From NCBI GenBank assembly GCA_048618745.1, contig JBMCCQ010000001.1, positions 1-52,587 of the forward strand: 52,587 bases of DNA. The letters run 5' to 3'. Shown piece after piece: positions 34,775-43,625 of this stretch. The translations under genes were made by a program, and so were the position numbers. Position 1 is the first letter of the stretch. Every line of letters begins with the position of its first letter. The DNA is from Candidatus Nanoarchaeia archaeon (GTDB lineage: Archaea > Nanobdellota > Nanobdellia > Woesearchaeales > DSVV01). The notes beneath the pieces were generated by a model. It had not been told where the DNA came from, ran no database searches, and worked only from the letters and a program-made list of their open reading frames with translations.

Positions 34775-35806
34775 ATGAACTCTGTATTTATTGTCGACGG
34801 CTCTGCATTAACCAGAAAAATATTGCGCGAGACAATAGGCCATAGTAAAAAGTTCAAGGTAGGTGGTTATGTTACAGATGCAGATTACGCTCTATTTGAA
34901 ATAAAGAAAAACAATCCTGATCTTATAATACTTGATATTGAAAGAGACAGTGGCAGGGGGCTGAAATTCTTAAAAGATCTTATGGAAGAATTCCCAAAAC
35001 CAGTTCTTGTTATAAGTGATCATACTGATGATGAATCAAAAATGACCTTTGAAGCTCTTGAGGCAGGGGCAATCGATTTTTTATTAAAACCAAAGAATCT
35101 CAATTTGAATGGAAGATTTACGGATTTTAAAGAAGCTCTTGTTTCTAAATTGGAAGTAGCCCTGGAATCCAAACCCAAGGTTATTGAGAATAAAAAAAAA
35201 AAAGTTATTCATAAATTCGGAAAAACAGCAAAACGTGTGGTGGTATTTGGTGCTTCAACCGGCGGACCATCAACTATAAAGAGACTTTTTTCTGAGCTGC
35301 CCGGGGACCTTCCATTCACTATTCTTGTAGTCCAGCATATGCCTTCCGGCTTTACAAGGTCTTTTGCAGAGCACTTGGACAAAATAAGTGATTTTAAGGT
35401 AAAGGAAGCAGAGGTGGGAGAAAAACTAGTGGATAATACCGCCTATATATGCCCTGCAGACTATCACATGTCCATTGAGCTTGATCAAGAAATGGGGCAC
35501 AGCCTTATCCAGCTCACCCTGGGAGAAAGGTTACATGGAGTCAGGCCAAGTCTTGACTATCTAATGAAAAGCGTGGTTCCTGTTTTTGGTGAAAAGGTGG
35601 TCATGGTAGTTCTTACTGGTATGGGTAAAGACGGCCTTGAGGGGGCTAAGCTTGTTAAGGCCCAAAAAGGGAGGGTGCTTGTGGAATCAGAAGATTCATG
35701 CATAATTTATGGAATGCCCAAGGCAATAGTGGATAAAAACCTGGCTGATGCGGTAGTGAGCCTGGATAAACTGCCTGTTTCAATAGTTCAGGAAGTAGAA
35801 AATTAA
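34775..35806 (+). CDS. cheB: Chemotaxis methylesterase/deamidase CheB
   Basis: N-terminal REC domain plus a methylesterase domain with GASTGGP (Ser), VVQHMP (His) and GMGKDG (Asp). The ATG at 34775 is preferred over the GTG at 34754. Confidence 0.92.
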   Translation: MNSVFIVDGSALTRKILRETIGHSKKFKVGGYVTDADYALFEIKKNNPDLIILDIERDSGRGLKFLKDLMEEFPKPVLVISDHTDDESKMTFEALEAGAIDFLLKPKNLNLNGRFTDFKEALVSKLEVALESKPKVIENKKKKVIHKFGKTAKRVVVFGASTGGPSTIKRLFSELPGDLPFTILVVQHMPSGFTRSFAEHLDKISDFKVKEAEVGEKLVDNTAYICPADYHMSIELDQEMGHSLIQLTLGERLHGVRPSLDYLMKSVVPVFGEKVVMVVLTGMGKDGLEGAKLVKAQKGRVLVESEDSCIIYGMPKAIVDKNLADAVVSLDKLPVSIVQEVEN

Positions 35807-35820
35807 TTGAGGGAATCAGT

Positions 35821-36189
35821 ATGGACTTAGAAGAATTCAAAAAACAATTTATAACAGAGGCAAAAGAGAAGCTTTCAGAGGCTGATGAGTGCCTGGATAA
35901 ACTCCAGAAAGGATATGATAACAATACACTGGTTGATTTGAAACGAAGTTTTCATACGCTTAAAGGAAATAGTGCTGCCATGGGGTTTCAAAAATATTTT
36001 GAACTTGCAAAGGCAGGTAATGACCTTGCTCAAAGAGCAATTGATAAAGAAGTAGAACTCGATGGTAATGTGGTTTCATTACTTAAAAAGTGTAAAGAAG
36101 AACTAAATAAAGGGTTGCAATTCATTGAAGAGGGCAATCCTGAAAGCCTTACCGCAGATGATTTAGTTAATAAAATCCAAAATGTTTAA
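35821..36189 (+). CDS. Stand-alone Hpt (histidine phosphotransfer, CheA-P1-like) protein
   Basis: 122 aa with SFHTLKGNSAAMGF, the Hpt phospho-His motif. It lies immediately upstream of cheA, which has its own P1 domain. Confidence 0.8.
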   Translation: MDLEEFKKQFITEAKEKLSEADECLDKLQKGYDNNTLVDLKRSFHTLKGNSAAMGFQKYFELAKAGNDLAQRAIDKEVELDGNVVSLLKKCKEELNKGLQFIEEGNPESLTADDLVNKIQNV

Positions 36190-36200
36190 TAAATGAAAAA

Positions 36201-38198
36201 ATGGGTGACGATCAATATAAAGAACAATTTTTATCTGAAGCCAGAGATTACATTGATTCAATTAATGATGATCTCTTAAATTTTGAAAAAGATCCAAAAA
36301 ATGAAGATGTAATCCATAATCTATTCCGTTCTTTTCATACATTAAAGGGAAATGCTTCTACGATGGGCTACACTAAGTATTCTGAGCTGGCCCATCACCT
36401 TGAGGACCTTCTTGATAAAATAAGAAACAAGCAAATTGAAGTGAATTCTGATATTGTTGATGTACTCTTCAGAGGTGCGGATGCTCTCGAGCAGGGGTTA
36501 CAGGTGATTTCTGACGATGACCCTGATAATGTTGATGATTCCTTAACAGAGGAGATTACAAAACTGCTTCAGAATTCAAAAGGAAAACAACAAGAAGTAC
36601 AGGAAGATGAAGGGCTCTCATTTAGTGACGAGGATAATGAAAAAATAAAGAATGCTAAAGAAAATGGAAAGAAGGTTTTTCGCATAACGCTTGTTTTTGA
36701 TGAAGGCAATGATTTGAAAGGAGTAAAGACTCTTTTGCTACTCAGGGATTTGGGTAATGAGGGAGAAATTCTGAAAACTTCACCTGAAAAAGAAAAAATC
36801 AGCTCTGGACAGTTCAAAACACATGTATATATAATTATAGCCTCAGAGAGTGAAGAGAATATTAAAAAGCTGGCTGAAAATGTAACCAGCGCGGTATCAA
36901 ATGAGGTAACTGAATTAGCTGAGGAAGAACTTAATGGTGGCTCTTTAGAAGGAAAAGAAAAACAACAGGAGCAAAAAGGCACTGCAAAAGATGGTTCAAA
37001 AGAAAGCGATAAGGAAAAAATTGCAAAACAGCAACAGGAAGCGATGACTAAGCAACTGCAGAGTGTAAAAATTGATATTAAAAGTCTGGATAATCTTATG
37101 GATCTGGTCGGTGAGCTCCTTATTAATAAAGTAAGGCTGGAGCAGTACGCTCAGGAATCTAAAGATAAGGAATTTACAACATTGATTGATACATTAACAA
37201 GGCTGACCCTGGATATACAGGATGAAGTAATGAAGCAAAGGATGATTCCTATTGGAAACATATTTAACAGGTTCCCAAGAATGGTTAGGGACTTAGCAAA
37301 AAAGGAAAATAAAAGCATTAACCTTAATATTGAAGGGCAGGATATTGAATTTGACAGGACTGTGCTTGATGAAATTGGTGACCCGCTTGTTCATTTATTG
37401 AGAAATTCTGTGGATCACGGCATTGAAGCTCCCGAAGAAAGGAAAAAGGAAGGAAAGCCTGAAAACGGAACAGTTATGCTTACGGCCAGGAAGGAGAAAA
37501 CAAATGCAATTATTGAAATAACTGATGACGGTAAGGGTATTGATGCACAAAAGGTAAAAGAAAGCTGCATTAAAAAGGGTGTTGTAACTCAGGAAGAAGC
37601 TGATGCAATGGATGAAAAAGAATTGCGAAGGTTAATTTTCAGGCCAGGGGTAAGTACAAGTAAAAAAATTACTGAGGTTTCGGGCCGCGGAGTTGGCATG
37701 GATGTTGTTGAGACTAAAATAAAAAAACTCGGCGGAAATGTTAAACTTGATTCTAAAGAAGGGCAGGGGACAACTATAAAGCTTCAGCTACCTCTTACGC
37801 TTGCAATTGTAAGCTCATTAATTATAAGAGTTGATGATTCAAAGTATGCTTTGCCGCTCTCAACAATTGTAAGGACAGTAAAAATAAAACATAAGGACAT
37901 AAGGACTATAGGGGGTAACGAGGTGTTTCTTTTAATGAACGAAGACATACCTTTGGTCCGGCTTAGAAACCTGTTGCACGGAACCCCTCCAAAAGAGCAG
38001 GAATATTATACAGTAATTGTTGTGGACAAGGACGATAGTAAAATAGGTATTGTAGTTGATTCGATTGATGCACAACAGCAGGTGCTTATTAAAAACCTTG
38101 ACGAGATGGTCAAGGGAATTAAGGGGCTCGGTGGTGCAACCATTTTGGGCGATGGCAGAGTTGCTCTTATACTGGATATAGCCACTTTGTTTGATTAG
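36201..38198 (+). CDS. cheA: Chemotaxis histidine kinase CheA
   Basis: P1 (SFHTLKGNASTMGY), a charged linker, P3, P4 HATPase (HLLRNSVDHGIE; DDGKGID; GRGVGMDVV) and a P5 CheW-like domain. Confidence 0.94.
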   Translation: MGDDQYKEQFLSEARDYIDSINDDLLNFEKDPKNEDVIHNLFRSFHTLKGNASTMGYTKYSELAHHLEDLLDKIRNKQIEVNSDIVDVLFRGADALEQGLQVISDDDPDNVDDSLTEEITKLLQNSKGKQQEVQEDEGLSFSDEDNEKIKNAKENGKKVFRITLVFDEGNDLKGVKTLLLLRDLGNEGEILKTSPEKEKISSGQFKTHVYIIIASESEENIKKLAENVTSAVSNEVTELAEEELNGGSLEGKEKQQEQKGTAKDGSKESDKEKIAKQQQEAMTKQLQSVKIDIKSLDNLMDLVGELLINKVRLEQYAQESKDKEFTTLIDTLTRLTLDIQDEVMKQRMIPIGNIFNRFPRMVRDLAKKENKSINLNIEGQDIEFDRTVLDEIGDPLVHLLRNSVDHGIEAPEERKKEGKPENGTVMLTARKEKTNAIIEITDDGKGIDAQKVKESCIKKGVVTQEEADAMDEKELRRLIFRPGVSTSKKITEVSGRGVGMDVVETKIKKLGGNVKLDSKEGQGTTIKLQLPLTLAIVSSLIIRVDDSKYALPLSTIVRTVKIKHKDIRTIGGNEVFLLMNEDIPLVRLRNLLHGTPPKEQEYYTVIVVDKDDSKIGIVVDSIDAQQQVLIKNLDEMVKGIKGLGGATILGDGRVALILDIATLFD

Positions 38199-38203
38199 GT
38201 GTA

Positions 38204-38854
38204 ATGTTAATGGCAGAGAAAATAAAAAATGAAGGGCTGAGTAACCTTCAAAAGGATGCATTAAAAGAAATAAGCAGTATTACAACAGGCAATGCCACAG
38301 CAGCTTTATCCAAACTTGTTAAAAAAAAAGTTAATATTCAGATTCCAAAAGCTGAGTTTTACGATAAAAATGAGCTATGTGATATTCTCGGGGGGAAGGA
38401 TAATGTAGTTGTCTCTATCTATTGTGGTATAACAGCAGACTTGACTGGCCAGGTTCTATTCTTATTTAAGAGAAAGGATGCTTTGGATTTAGTTAAGATG
38501 CTCACCGGAAAAAAAATGAACACAGAATATTTGGACAGGTATTCTGAATCAGCGTTTGGAGAAATGGCGAATATTTTTACTGGCTCGTATCTTAATGCGC
38601 TCTCAGAGCTTTTTCAGATTACAATACTTCCCGGCATACCTATAGTTGCAACCGACTATGTGGGGCCGATTATTGATTATGTCTGGGGAAGAATTGAAAA
38701 CCCGGAGAAAAAAATGCTTTGTTTTACAACAAAAATATCTCTTGATGACTACAATATAAACGGTGATTTTGTTTTTATGTTTGACGCCCAAAGCTATCAT
38801 AAAGTTTTAAAGAAGCTGGAGAGTGACTATGGTGTTAAAAGCAGAAGAGGCTAA
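38204..38854 (+). CDS. cheC: CheC-family CheY-P phosphatase (first active site degenerate)
   Basis: The second site SAFGEMAN-x22-P is intact. The first site reads DALKEISS-x22-P, with Ser in place of the catalytic Asn. Confidence 0.88.
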   Translation: MLMAEKIKNEGLSNLQKDALKEISSITTGNATAALSKLVKKKVNIQIPKAEFYDKNELCDILGGKDNVVVSIYCGITADLTGQVLFLFKRKDALDLVKMLTGKKMNTEYLDRYSESAFGEMANIFTGSYLNALSELFQITILPGIPIVATDYVGPIIDYVWGRIENPEKKMLCFTTKISLDDYNINGDFVFMFDAQSYHKVLKKLESDYGVKSRRG

Positions 38855-38915
38855 GAATAGAAAATATTATAAATTATTAATTGTGGTAAAATTTTAGCAG
38901 AAACGGAGTGATCTT

Positions 38916-39554
38916 ATGGATAACCAATACGATGTAAAAGACATGGAGCTGGATGCAATCAAAGAAGTTGGAAACATAGGTGCGGGAAATGCTGCCGTTT
39001 CATTATCAAAAATTCTTAATAAAAAAATAGAAATGGATGTTCCTGAAGCCGACTTTATACCTCTTAATAATTTTGCAGAAAAATTCGGGGGCCCTGAAAG
39101 GATAGTTATGAGTATTTATTCTCCAATTGTGGGAGAGCTTACAGGAGAAACACTTTTCATATTTTCAAGGGATTGTGCAATGGGGCTTGTAGACCTAATG
39201 ATGGGCAATGAAATTGGTCATACTAAAATTATGGACGAGCTAAGTGAATCTGCCTTTAAGGAAATGGCAAATATCTTTATTGGCTCCTATTTAAATGCAA
39301 TTTCAGATATGATTAACCTCAAGATTATGCCTGGTGTTCCGGTTGTAGCAACAGATATGGTTCAGGCTATACTTGATTCACTTCTTATGAGAATGGGTGA
39401 ATACGCCGATAAGGTGCTTTGCAACAAGGCGAAAATTTCAATTGAAGGTCATCCAATAAAAGGTGATTTTATTTTCATCTTTGATTTAGAAACAATGAAA
39501 GTATTACTAAATAAGATGCATAACTCCTATAATTCTGAGCTGGACAAGAGTTGA
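38916..39554 (+). CDS. cheC: CheC-family CheY-P phosphatase (both active sites intact)
   Basis: DAIKEVGN-x22-P and SAFKEMAN-x22-P both fit the [DS]-x3-E-x2-N-x22-P consensus. GGAGTGA Shine-Dalgarno upstream. Confidence 0.9.
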   Translation: MDNQYDVKDMELDAIKEVGNIGAGNAAVSLSKILNKKIEMDVPEADFIPLNNFAEKFGGPERIVMSIYSPIVGELTGETLFIFSRDCAMGLVDLMMGNEIGHTKIMDELSESAFKEMANIFIGSYLNAISDMINLKIMPGVPVVATDMVQAILDSLLMRMGEYADKVLCNKAKISIEGHPIKGDFIFIFDLETMKVLLNKMHNSYNSELDKS

Positions 39555-39555
39555 A

Positions 39556-40395
39556 ATGGTAGATGAAATTGTTGTAGGAATGGGAAGGTTATATGTGGTT
39601 AATGAGCCTGTCACACTAACCTGTATTGGGCTTGGCTCCTGTATAGGGCTGATGGTTTATGACAGGCAGAAAGGTATTGCAGGTCTTGCACATATAATGC
39701 TTCCTGACAGCAGCAACGCCAAATTTACGCCAGTGGAGCAAAGCTCTCTGCTTGCTGAAAACGATGATTATTCTCTTAAAACTATTACTAATTCTCTTGA
39801 GAATAAGGGCTATGAGATTAAATACGTTGCAAAAAATGTAGATGATGCTGTCGAAAAATTCAAGGAGATTAATCCTTATTTGTTGCTGCTTGATTTCAAA
39901 TTAGCAGGGGAGGACACCTGTTCATTAGTAAGTGAGTTGTTTAATCTTAACAGCATGGCAAATATTGTTGTCGCAAATACTGATAAAAATTATTCTTATC
40001 TGGATATATTAAGTAACGGGGCAATAGATGTAATTCCAAAACCACTCACAAAAGATAAGCTGGAGCTTACCCTGGATATAGTTACTTCTCTGCGCTACTT
40101 AAGATTCGCCGATGTGGCAATTGAGAAAATGCTTAACAAAATGTACTCTATGGGATGTGAGCACAGAAACTTAAGAGCCAAGGTTGTTGGAGGTGGAAAT
40201 ATGTTCACTCACTCGCAGGTTTCAATGCGTAATATAGGTAAAGAAAATACCGGAAAAGTTCTTGAAAATTTAAAAAACAGAAATATTCCCATTGAGGCAG
40301 AATGCACTGGAGGTAATCTGGGGCGCACAGTGAGGTTCAATACACAAGATTTTACTGCTGTTATTACAAATAAAGAAGGCCGTAAAACGATTTAG
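39556..40395 (+). CDS. cheD: CheD chemoreceptor glutamine deamidase with an internally inserted receiver (REC) domain
   Basis: CheD N-terminal part (TLTCIGLGSCIGLMVYD...GLAHIMLPDS) and C-terminal part (YLRFADVAIEKML...AKVVGGGNMF...IGKENTG...ECTGGNLGRTVRF) are separated by about 115 aa carrying REC motifs (LLAENDD, LLLLDFKL, VVANT, IPKPL). Confidence 0.85.
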   Translation: MVDEIVVGMGRLYVVNEPVTLTCIGLGSCIGLMVYDRQKGIAGLAHIMLPDSSNAKFTPVEQSSLLAENDDYSLKTITNSLENKGYEIKYVAKNVDDAVEKFKEINPYLLLLDFKLAGEDTCSLVSELFNLNSMANIVVANTDKNYSYLDILSNGAIDVIPKPLTKDKLELTLDIVTSLRYLRFADVAIEKMLNKMYSMGCEHRNLRAKVVGGGNMFTHSQVSMRNIGKENTGKVLENLKNRNIPIEAECTGGNLGRTVRFNTQDFTAVITNKEGRKTI

Positions 40396-40398
40396 AAA

Positions 40399-41280
40399 AT
40401 GATGGATAATAATTTTATATCTATAATAAAAGTAGATGACCCAGAAAACTGGCAGTTTTTAAAGGGGCAAATTAAAAAGTATTTGAATTTTGATACACAT
40501 AATTACAGGGACACATTTTTAATGCGCAGGGTTGAATGCAGACTTAGGAAGCTTCAGATAAATTCGTATATGGAATATGCCCGTCTTCTTTCAGCAAGTG
40601 ATGAAGAGAAAAAGCTTCTTGAAAAAGAGTTGACAATCCACGTAACCCGGTTTTTCAGGGATAAAAGCCTTTTTAAGGAATTAATGAACTGGATTTTTCC
40701 ACAATTTATCAAGGAAAAAATGGAGATGAATAATTATAGCATTTCTGTGTGGTCAGCCGGGTGCAGTTCAGGGGAAGAAGCCTATTCAATTGCTATTGTT
40801 TTTAAGGAAGTTCTTGGAGACAATATGAAAAATTTCCTTGTAAAAATCCATGGCACGGACCTTGAGCCAAAAACCATCGAGAGGGCAAAGACCGGAGCAT
40901 ACGAAGAATCCGCATTGATGGAGATGCCAGATGAATTAAAAGAAAAGTATTTCACTTATCATGAAGGTCTTTATTATGTTGTCCCGGAAATAAAGAATAT
41001 GGTCAACTTTGAGGTTGGAGATATTTTAAATCCTTCTGGGGAGATGATATATGATATTATTTTTTGCAGAAACACGGTTATTTATTTTGAGAAAAAAACC
41101 AAACAGGATTTGTATGAAAGCCTTTTTAGCAAACTTAAGAAAGGCGGATTCCTGGTTCTCGGGAAAACAGAATTTCTGGATGGCTCAGCAAAACCAAAGT
41201 TCCAGATGTATAATGCTAATGAAAGAATCTACAGAAAACCATTTAGCGAAACAAGCGCGATGGATTATATCAATGCGTAA
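40399..41280 (+). CDS. cheR: Chemotaxis protein methyltransferase CheR
   Basis: TRFFRD, VWSAGCSSGEEAYSIAI, IFCRNTVIYF and LKKGGFLVLG motifs. Confidence 0.92.
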   Translation: MMDNNFISIIKVDDPENWQFLKGQIKKYLNFDTHNYRDTFLMRRVECRLRKLQINSYMEYARLLSASDEEKKLLEKELTIHVTRFFRDKSLFKELMNWIFPQFIKEKMEMNNYSISVWSAGCSSGEEAYSIAIVFKEVLGDNMKNFLVKIHGTDLEPKTIERAKTGAYEESALMEMPDELKEKYFTYHEGLYYVVPEIKNMVNFEVGDILNPSGEMIYDIIFCRNTVIYFEKKTKQDLYESLFSKLKKGGFLVLGKTEFLDGSAKPKFQMYNANERIYRKPFSETSAMDYINA

Positions 41281-41355
41281 AATATATATATAAGTGTTTC
41301 TAATACAAACATAAAAAAGGGGGAATGACTGTTATTCAGTATTTCTAAGATAAAA

Positions 41356-41970
41356 ATGGCGGAAGAAAAAGATTCACAAAAAAAAGAGGAACAAAAAGAA
41401 TATTCAGAAAGGCAGCTCGTTGTGTTCAACATTGGCCAGGAAGAATTCGGTGTTGATATTAACGAGGTAAACAGTATTATTAAGATGGTTCCGATTACCC
41501 GCATACCAAATGCGCCTGCCTTCGTAGAAGGAGTAATAAACCTGCGGGGCAGAATTATTGTTGTAGTTGACCTTGCCAAGAAACTTGGGTTGCAGGGCAA
41601 GGAGAGAGACAAGGATACAAGGATTATTGTTGTAGAAACCAGTCAGAATATGGTTGGTATGATAGTGGACCATTCAAGAGAGGCAATCAGGGTTTCTGAA
41701 GAGCAAATAGAGCAGGCCCCCGGATTAATTACGCAGAAAATTAACTCAGATTTTTTGGAAGGGGTTGCAATTGTTCCCTCTGGCTCTAAGGAAGAGCAGC
41801 AAAAGAATGAGCAAAACAACAACAGGCTTCTGATACTTCTTGACCTGGCAAAAATCCTTAATGAAGAAGAGATGGATTCTGTACAGAAAACGCAGGAGTC
41901 CGCTGAAAACCAGAAAGGTCACCAGCAGCAAAGCGAAGGGCAGGAGAAGTCGGAAGATGAACAAAACTGA
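41356..41970 (+). CDS. cheW: Chemotaxis coupling protein CheW with a Gln/Glu-rich C-terminal tail
   Basis: QLVVFNIGQEEFGVDINEVNSIIKM..ITRIPNAPAFVEGVINLRGRIIVVVDL is the CheW signature. The tail is about 50 aa of low complexity. Confidence 0.92.
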   Translation: MAEEKDSQKKEEQKEYSERQLVVFNIGQEEFGVDINEVNSIIKMVPITRIPNAPAFVEGVINLRGRIIVVVDLAKKLGLQGKERDKDTRIIVVETSQNMVGMIVDHSREAIRVSEEQIEQAPGLITQKINSDFLEGVAIVPSGSKEEQQKNEQNNNRLLILLDLAKILNEEEMDSVQKTQESAENQKGHQQQSEGQEKSEDEQN

Positions 41971-41979
41971 GGCAGGAAA

Positions 41980-42390
41980 GTGAAAATAAAAAACTGGATG
42001 AATAGAAATATTAAAACCACTTCCAAAGACAGCTTAGTCCTTGATGCTGCAAAGAGCATGAAGCAAAATCTGGTTGCAGATTTGGTAGTGGTTGAAAACG
42101 GGCATCCTATTGGAATTCTTACTGAAAGGGATATTTGTTATAAGGTTGTAGCAATGAACAAAGACCCGCAATCTACTAAAGTGGATGATATTATGACAAA
42201 AACTTTGATTACTGCCCATATTGATGACACAATTTCTGAAGTATCAAGAAGGATGGGTCTTGCAAAGATTAAGCAGATACCAATTATTGATGATAAGAAC
42301 ACTCTTGTCGGGATAATCACTTCCTCTGACCTTGTAAGGGTTGTTTCACATTTCCAGCGGGACCTTGATTCAATGGTTAAGTCCAAATAG
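41980..42390 (+). CDS. CBS-pair domain protein
   Basis: 136 aa with two CBS repeats (ADLVVVENGHPIGILTERDI; IKQIPIIDDKNTLVGIITSSDLV). GTG start 10 nt after the cheW stop. Confidence 0.8.
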   Translation: MKIKNWMNRNIKTTSKDSLVLDAAKSMKQNLVADLVVVENGHPIGILTERDICYKVVAMNKDPQSTKVDDIMTKTLITAHIDDTISEVSRRMGLAKIKQIPIIDDKNTLVGIITSSDLVRVVSHFQRDLDSMVKSK

Positions 42391-42428
42391 TAAAAAAATT
42401 TATATTCTCTCTTGTATTTGTTTATTTT

Positions 42429-43625
42429 ATGGATAGATTTAAAGAGATTATTACTGCTTTTGCAAAACAGTATCTGGGGGGAATAGCAGGAGAAATCCTT
42501 CTTGAGGATTATGCAAAAAAATTTAACATCTCTGACCTTTCAATGCTTACAAAAAAAGAGCAGCAGAAGTTTATAGATGCTTTTTTGTGGGGTGTTTTTC
42601 ACAGGCACCTGCCCCCTGAAAGAATTAATTCATTAAGGCTTCAGCTTAATCTTCATTTTTGTATTGACAATGCAACTGAAGCAATTTCAGGAATGCTTGG
42701 GAAGAAAATTTTACTAAAGCCCCTTGATGTAAAATCTCAAACATTTGACAATTTCGAAAAGATTATCAATAATCTGGGAGAAGGAGTTATTGTTATACCT
42801 GTGAAGCTTTCCGGCTACATCACAGCCACCTTGCTAATCTTCATTTTCAGGGACAGCGCAATAACTTTAGGTAATATCATGCTAAAGTCAATGCTTGGAA
42901 TTGACAAAACTGATGAGTTTCTCGACGAGATGAAACAGTCTGCAATAAAAGAGTTTTTTAACATACTTATTCCTACATTTGCCGACACAATAGCTAATAC
43001 CTTAAAGCAGGAAATTTTTATTGATATGCCTGAAACAGATATTACTGATTCTCAAAAGCAGATTGATACGGCAATGAGCAAAATCTCTTTTTCCGGAGAT
43101 GAAAATTACGGGATAAAAAATATTATTTCTACTCCTCTTGGAATATATATTGATGATAAGCATTATGTTGAAGGCATGGGTTTTCTGTTAATGGAATCAG
43201 CAAGCTCAGTAATATCACAGTCTATTGAAAAAACAGGGATTAAAAAGGATGATACGCTTGAGCAGATGGACTTACAGCAGATTGAGATTCCAAAAGATAC
43301 TAACAGGTACCGGGCCATAACTACATTCCTTAATAACTTTACAAAGGATGATTCCACAAAAATAATAGATAATTTGATGGATGACCTTGGCATAAGCAGC
43401 CTAAACAATGTATCAGTAGGGCTTAGGCGAAAGCTTATCAACAGGCTTTTGGAAGAGCATTTTTCTGGACACTCTCCAAAAGTTTATGAGTTTATACAAA
43501 AGGGGTGCGAAAGGATATTTAATATTGGTACAAAAGCAGCAGAGGATGAGGGGCAGCAAACACAGGAGGACTCTTTGTCTAAAATGCTTAACAAGGTACA
43601 GAATTTAAAAGATGACACTCAGTAA
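42429..43625 (+). CDS. CheC-like domain protein with unknown N- and C-terminal extensions
   Basis: aa 171-201, SAIKEFFN-x22-P, exactly fits the CheC/CheX/FliY consensus. The preceding half aligns with the CheC first repeat but lacks the catalytic residues. About 70 aa N-terminal and 130 aa C-terminal are unassigned. Confidence 0.7.
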   Translation: MDRFKEIITAFAKQYLGGIAGEILLEDYAKKFNISDLSMLTKKEQQKFIDAFLWGVFHRHLPPERINSLRLQLNLHFCIDNATEAISGMLGKKILLKPLDVKSQTFDNFEKIINNLGEGVIVIPVKLSGYITATLLIFIFRDSAITLGNIMLKSMLGIDKTDEFLDEMKQSAIKEFFNILIPTFADTIANTLKQEIFIDMPETDITDSQKQIDTAMSKISFSGDENYGIKNIISTPLGIYIDDKHYVEGMGFLLMESASSVISQSIEKTGIKKDDTLEQMDLQQIEIPKDTNRYRAITTFLNNFTKDDSTKIIDNLMDDLGISSLNNVSVGLRRKLINRLLEEHFSGHSPKVYEFIQKGCERIFNIGTKAAEDEGQQTQEDSLSKMLNKVQNLKDDTQ

